From contig JBGSMV010000016.1 in NCBI GenBank assembly GCA_041739995.1, positions 3,872-67,871 on the forward strand: 64,000 nt of DNA, given 5' to 3'. This DNA is from Bdellovibrionota bacterium (GTDB lineage: Bacteria > Bdellovibrionota_C > UBA2361 > JBGSMV01). Made by a program: the position numbers and the translations under genes. Shown here piece after piece: positions 60,126 through 64,000 of the stretch; the first letter of the stretch is position 1; each line of letters begins with the position of its first letter. Below the pieces are notes generated by a model. That model was not told the origin of the DNA and made no database searches. It saw nothing but the letters and a program-made list of their open reading frames with translations.

Positions 60126-60839
60126 TTAGAGCACATTACAGAGCGTTGGTTCCTCTGAAGTAGCGGGAGGGGGAAGGACGACTTGAGGCACAAATTCGTG
60201 CAAGCCGCTCAGTTGGTAGATGTAGACGGGGGAGAGGTTCCGATATTCTATCGATTTCTGAGAAAGATGTCGGTTGAAGAGTTGTTTAAAGAAGCGATCT
60301 AACTCCTTTGCTCGGCGTCGATGCTCATCGGTGGTGAAAATCGTACCAAGCGACCGCAGCCACATGTATTCATAATACGTCATCTCGGTGCCTTGATGGC
60401 TCAGAGACGCGATTCGAGAAAATACCTGCTGGACGATTGGGACGCTAAGGTTGTTGAAAGGGATGGCGCATACAATTAAGTCGAACTGACCACAGTCATG
60501 AGGCAGATCTTGGATTGGACAGTTGAAAAATGAAATGCGGTCTTCGTTGCGCTTGAAGTCAACATTCCGAGCGAAGCGCGACTTCAACGTCTTAATGAAG
60601 CGACTATTCATTTCACAGAGGTGGAGCGTATCCTGGGGTCCCATGTGTTTTAGAATGTGAACCGTGACGGCGCCGGTCCCTGGGCCGATTTCCAGAATCC
60701 GAAGCGCACGCGATCCTGAGTTTTGAACGATGGGGGAGATTAGAATTTTTGAAGCCCAGCGCGAGGTGGGAAACAGGGCGCCGGTGGCGCGAATCTCCCT
60801 AATCCCTTCAATCAGAAATAATATTCTATCGCGTAACAT
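60126..60839 (-). CDS. Class I SAM-dependent methyltransferase (possibly phospholipid N-methyltransferase-like)
   Basis: ILEIGPGTGAVT motif I. Its position next to pssA is only suggestive. Confidence 0.6.
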   Translation of the reverse strand: MLRDRILFLIEGIREIRATGALFPTSRWASKILISPIVQNSGSRALRILEIGPGTGAVTVHILKHMGPQDTLHLCEMNSRFIKTLKSRFARNVDFKRNEDRISFFNCPIQDLPHDCGQFDLIVCAIPFNNLSVPIVQQVFSRIASLSHQGTEMTYYEYMWLRSLGTIFTTDEHRRRAKELDRFFKQLFNRHLSQKSIEYRNLSPVYIYQLSGLHEFVPQVVLPPPATSEEPTLCNVL

Positions 60840-61126
60840 ACTTAACTTACCGCATGAACTCAGACGTAGTCTCTACGAAAGAAACAAAAGATTGCAATAC
60901 CTTTGCTCATCAGGGAACAGCAACATTGCGGTTCGCGCGAAAATAACTCTGCGCTATGCGCAACGATAACTTTGTGCTTTGCGGAACTGCTACAGGGGGG
61001 TAAAGTCCGCCGCAGCCTCTCAGGGGCACATCGTCGCCGAAGCTAGCACGGCTTTTGGTGAAATCGTAAGTTCGGCACTGCAAATTTCTTCGAGCAGCAG
61101 GGCCTCATAGCGGCATATAAATTTTA

Positions 61127-62773
61127 TTGGCAGGGGAGATATCCACCATGAATACGAGAGCCGAGCTTTGGGACCGACTGAAAGAAACCTACTTCTTTGA
61201 CCAAGAAACCCAGTTTGGATTGGATGTGAGCCATGTAGACGCCGAATCCTCGTGGTGGAGCGGCATGGCGCCCAAGTTTCAGACGGCCTTTAAGGACATG
61301 GCGGAGCTAGAAAAGGGAGCAATCGCGAACCCGGATGAGCAGCGCATGGTCGGGCATTATTGGTTGCGGAATCCAGAGCTTAGCCCTACTGCGGAGGTTC
61401 GTCAGGAGATTGAAGGCGCGCTTGCAAAGATTCTCTCCTTTGCCGGTGACGTGCACTCTGGAGCTATCTCTCCGACGATTGGTGACGGGAAAGCCGAGGG
61501 GCGCTTTGAATATCTACTGATCGTCGGGATTGGTGGTTCGGCGTTGGGACCTCAGTTTGCGACGAGAGCTCTTGGAGCACCTTCAGATCCTCTAAAGCCA
61601 TTCTTTTTTGACAACACCGATCCTGACGGAATGGCAGGGGTGCTTGGAAGTATTCCGGATCTGAAGAAAACTTTGTGCGTGGTTATCTCGAAGTCCGGGG
61701 GGACTAAAGAGACTCGTAACGGGATGCTTGTCGCCAAGGCCGCCTGGGCCTCTGCTGGAATTCCATACGCAAAGAACTTTGTAGCGGTTACCGGGGCGGA
61801 TAGCGAGCTGGACAAGTTTGCGCGCAAGGAGGGATGGCTCGAGCGTTTCCCAATGTGGGATTGGGTTGGGGGGAGAACCAGCGAGCTCAGTGCGGTGGGA
61901 CTACTTCCGGCAGCTTTGCAGGGCTATGACATAATAAAAATGCTTGAGGGGGCGCGTCATATGGATGAGCTCACACGAAGCCCCAATGTGCAGCGAAATC
62001 CTGCAGCTCTGCTTGCGGGGTGTTGGCATTTTCTTGGTGAAGGAAAGGGAACTCGCGCCATGGTGGTGTTGCCCTATAGCGATCGTCTTGAGCTATTCAG
62101 CAAATATTTGCAGCAATTGGTGATGGAGAGCCTTGGTAAGGAGAAAGATCTCGCAGGGAAAATAGTCCATCAAGGAATTTCTGTTTACGGCAACAAGGGT
62201 TCTACGGATCAGCATGCCTACGTACAGCAGCTCAGAGACGGCCTAAATAACTTCTTCGCAGTGTTCATTCATGTACTGAAAGATCGCTCTGGGAAAACCG
62301 ATGCGCTTAGGTCTCGGTTTTGTGCCGCAAGTTTTGAGGTCGAGCCGGGCGTGACCTCAAGCGACTACTTGAGTGGTTTCTTTCAAGGAACTAGGCGCGC
62401 TTTATATGAGAGTGGTAGGCAGAGCATCTCAATTCTGGTCAATGAAGTGAACGAGTACAGCGTTGGTCAACTGATTGCGCTATTTGAGCGAGCGGTCGGG
62501 TTCTATGCGAGTTTAGTAGGCATCAATGCGTATCATCAGCCTGGAGTAGAAGCGGGGAAAAAAGCGGCATCAGAGGTGTTGTCGTTGCAGGCAAAGATGA
62601 TGAGTGCATTGCGGGATAGCAAGCAGCCGATGAGTGTTGAAGAGATTGCGAAGGTGCTTGGCGATGAGAATGCCGCCGACACCGTTTTTCTAACCTTGCG
62701 GCATCTTGCAGCCAATGGGCGCGTCAAGCTTGTCGCTGGCGGGGATATCTTTGCTGATAAATATTCGATCTAG
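61127..62773 (+). CDS. pgi: Glucose-6-phosphate isomerase
   Basis: [41 protein letters not shown] and MESLGK motifs. Confidence 0.85.
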   Translation: MAGEISTMNTRAELWDRLKETYFFDQETQFGLDVSHVDAESSWWSGMAPKFQTAFKDMAELEKGAIANPDEQRMVGHYWLRNPELSPTAEVRQEIEGALAKILSFAGDVHSGAISPTIGDGKAEGRFEYLLIVGIGGSALGPQFATRALGAPSDPLKPFFFDNTDPDGMAGVLGSIPDLKKTLCVVISKSGGTKETRNGMLVAKAAWASAGIPYAKNFVAVTGADSELDKFARKEGWLERFPMWDWVGGRTSELSAVGLLPAALQGYDIIKMLEGARHMDELTRSPNVQRNPAALLAGCWHFLGEGKGTRAMVVLPYSDRLELFSKYLQQLVMESLGKEKDLAGKIVHQGISVYGNKGSTDQHAYVQQLRDGLNNFFAVFIHVLKDRSGKTDALRSRFCAASFEVEPGVTSSDYLSGFFQGTRRALYESGRQSISILVNEVNEYSVGQLIALFERAVGFYASLVGINAYHQPGVEAGKKAASEVLSLQAKMMSALRDSKQPMSVEEIAKVLGDENAADTVFLTLRHLAANGRVKLVAGGDIFADKYSI

Positions 62774-62848
62774 TGCCAGGGTGCGCTTTTACAATCCCTG
62801 CGATTCGCCGTGGCGGCTCACGATCGGGCATGGTCCCTCGAGTTAATG

Positions 62849-62990
62849 ATTCGATGAACCATTCTCGCCGCGCTCGCTGCTCTCTTTGTGAATATATTTA
62901 ATGAATTACACAAGGAGTTCAGCGAGAACAACGAGAAATATACTTAAATGAACCTCCAACTCATAACACTAGAATCGAGGGGCTAGGTCT
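62849..62990 (+). repeat. About 110-nt intergenic element, copy B (see copy A at 28797-28910)
   Basis: Long collinear similarity to copy A, including an internal stem GGAGTTCA/TGAACCTCC. Confidence 0.6.
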
Positions 62991-63212
62991 GTCGGGGCTC
63001 GCGTGAGCTCCCTAGCGCTAAGTGGCTAGACGGGTGTCACAGTGTTTTTTCTCTTCCGCCAGCGACACCCCTGCGAAAACCTCACCCCTTCTAATGCCGT
63101 TTGATTTTCAAGACTTAAGTCTGATGTTTGAAGTGACGAATCTCTTGTCGTTATAGACTTAATAGAGGCCCCTTTAGAATTTCCAGGTTTCTAGCAAGCG
63201 AGTGCTGCGAGC

Positions 63213-63965
63213 ATGGCTGACATCGATCGCATCTTGGACTCCCTGGACCCAAAGTCGGGTCGTTCAACATTGGGAGTCAACTTCAAATCCTCCCCGGTAT
63301 TGTGGGTGCTGTGTGGGTTGCTCGTTGTTGTTGCGGCCGGCGCGAGCCTCGCGCTGAATATTGCTTCACACGCGCCTGAAGCGGAGGCGTCAAAAGCTGA
63401 TGCTGGTTCTGCCTCGATTCTGTGGGGAACGCTATTGCACGAAGCACCGGCATGCGTGCTTTACGATGGTCGAGAAGCTTTTAAAACTGCTGACGGACGT
63501 AGTCTCGCGCTTTTCGCGGCGGCTCGCTACGACTGTCCAGATCTGGCTAGGGCGCTGTTGGCAAAGGGGGTGGATCTTGAGGAACGACATTTCGTAAATG
63601 GCGAGGTGCTGACGATCGAGGATTATGCCGCTCAGTTTGGGGCGATTGAAGTGATTCGAGCGATACTCGACGAACGTAAGAAGGTAGACGCAGAGAACCA
63701 GTTAATGCTCGATAAAAAGAAGCAAGAAAAGGATCAAGAGCTGTTGCAAGCAACGCAGCGCGAGCAGCAACTACACGCAATTCTGGCCGAAGATGCCGAG
63801 CTCAGAAAATCAATTTTCTACGACCGAGCCAGGCTCGAATGCGAGGTGCTAAAGGAGAAGCTTGGTTTCAGTGCGCGCAACTTTCGTATGAATGATTGTA
63901 TCCGGCAAGAAGTCGAGCGACGGCGTGTTGCGAGAGAAGAGCTCGGACACAGAGTGCCAGGCTAG
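63213..63965 (+). CDS. Membrane-anchored protein with ankyrin-repeat-like segment and a C-terminal coiled coil
   Basis: TM VLWVLCGLLVVVAAGASLAL, then LALFAAARYDCPDLARALLAKGVDLEE ankyrin-like. Confidence 0.4.
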   Translation: MADIDRILDSLDPKSGRSTLGVNFKSSPVLWVLCGLLVVVAAGASLALNIASHAPEAEASKADAGSASILWGTLLHEAPACVLYDGREAFKTADGRSLALFAAARYDCPDLARALLAKGVDLEERHFVNGEVLTIEDYAAQFGAIEVIRAILDERKKVDAENQLMLDKKKQEKDQELLQATQREQQLHAILAEDAELRKSIFYDRARLECEVLKEKLGFSARNFRMNDCIRQEVERRRVAREELGHRVPG

Positions 63966-64000
63966 GAGTCTGTGACTTAGGCGCTGTGACATAGGCACAG

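Overview
This window appears to be a ~50% GC chromosomal segment from a Gram-negative bacterium, and the gene content suggests a proteobacterium, possibly delta-proteobacterial or Bdellovibrio-like. The evidence for that is an SspB-like adaptor, a NuoI-like ferredoxin, Skp/OmpH, and an IF3 with a long C-terminal Ala/Lys/Pro-rich tail of the kind seen in Myxococcus Dsg. Most of the window is housekeeping: rsmE, metF, topoisomerase IV parC-parE, tkt, rpiA, fumC, infC, murI, pssA and pgi. No rRNA, no convincing tRNA, no CRISPR array and no intact transposase or integrase were found. Accessory or unusual content is interleaved with the housekeeping genes:
- A 9.4-kb same-strand cluster (46819-56223) built on the MoxR ATPase / DUF58 / TgpA-like transglutaminase trio. 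It is extended by a secreted TPR protein, a VirB2/TrbC-like small membrane protein, a DUF3592 membrane protein, a small beta-rich protein and a P-loop NTPase.
- An unusual concentration of polytopic GT-C-type membrane glycosyltransferase-like genes: PMT/GT39-like (18149-20191), DUF2298-like (24843-27080), a second polytopic membrane protein (27054-28688, family not recognised) and DUF2029/GT87-like (34549-35757). They sit next to a VKOR-DsbA fusion, a GT2, an SDR, rpiA and tkt.
- A serine-rich lipoprotein and secreted-protein pair with an HTH-containing partner (20727-23165).
- Two GC-rich compositional anomalies (13146-13600 and 23662-24264). The second is flanked by long noncoding DNA carrying a strong terminator hairpin and helically phased direct repeats.
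- A 7x heptanucleotide microsatellite (CCTGCAC), a ~110-nt intergenic element present in two copies 34 kb apart, and several tandem and direct repeats.
The ORF-track start codons are often over-extended, because TTG and GTG are treated as starts. Several starts were refined from SD and signal-peptide context.
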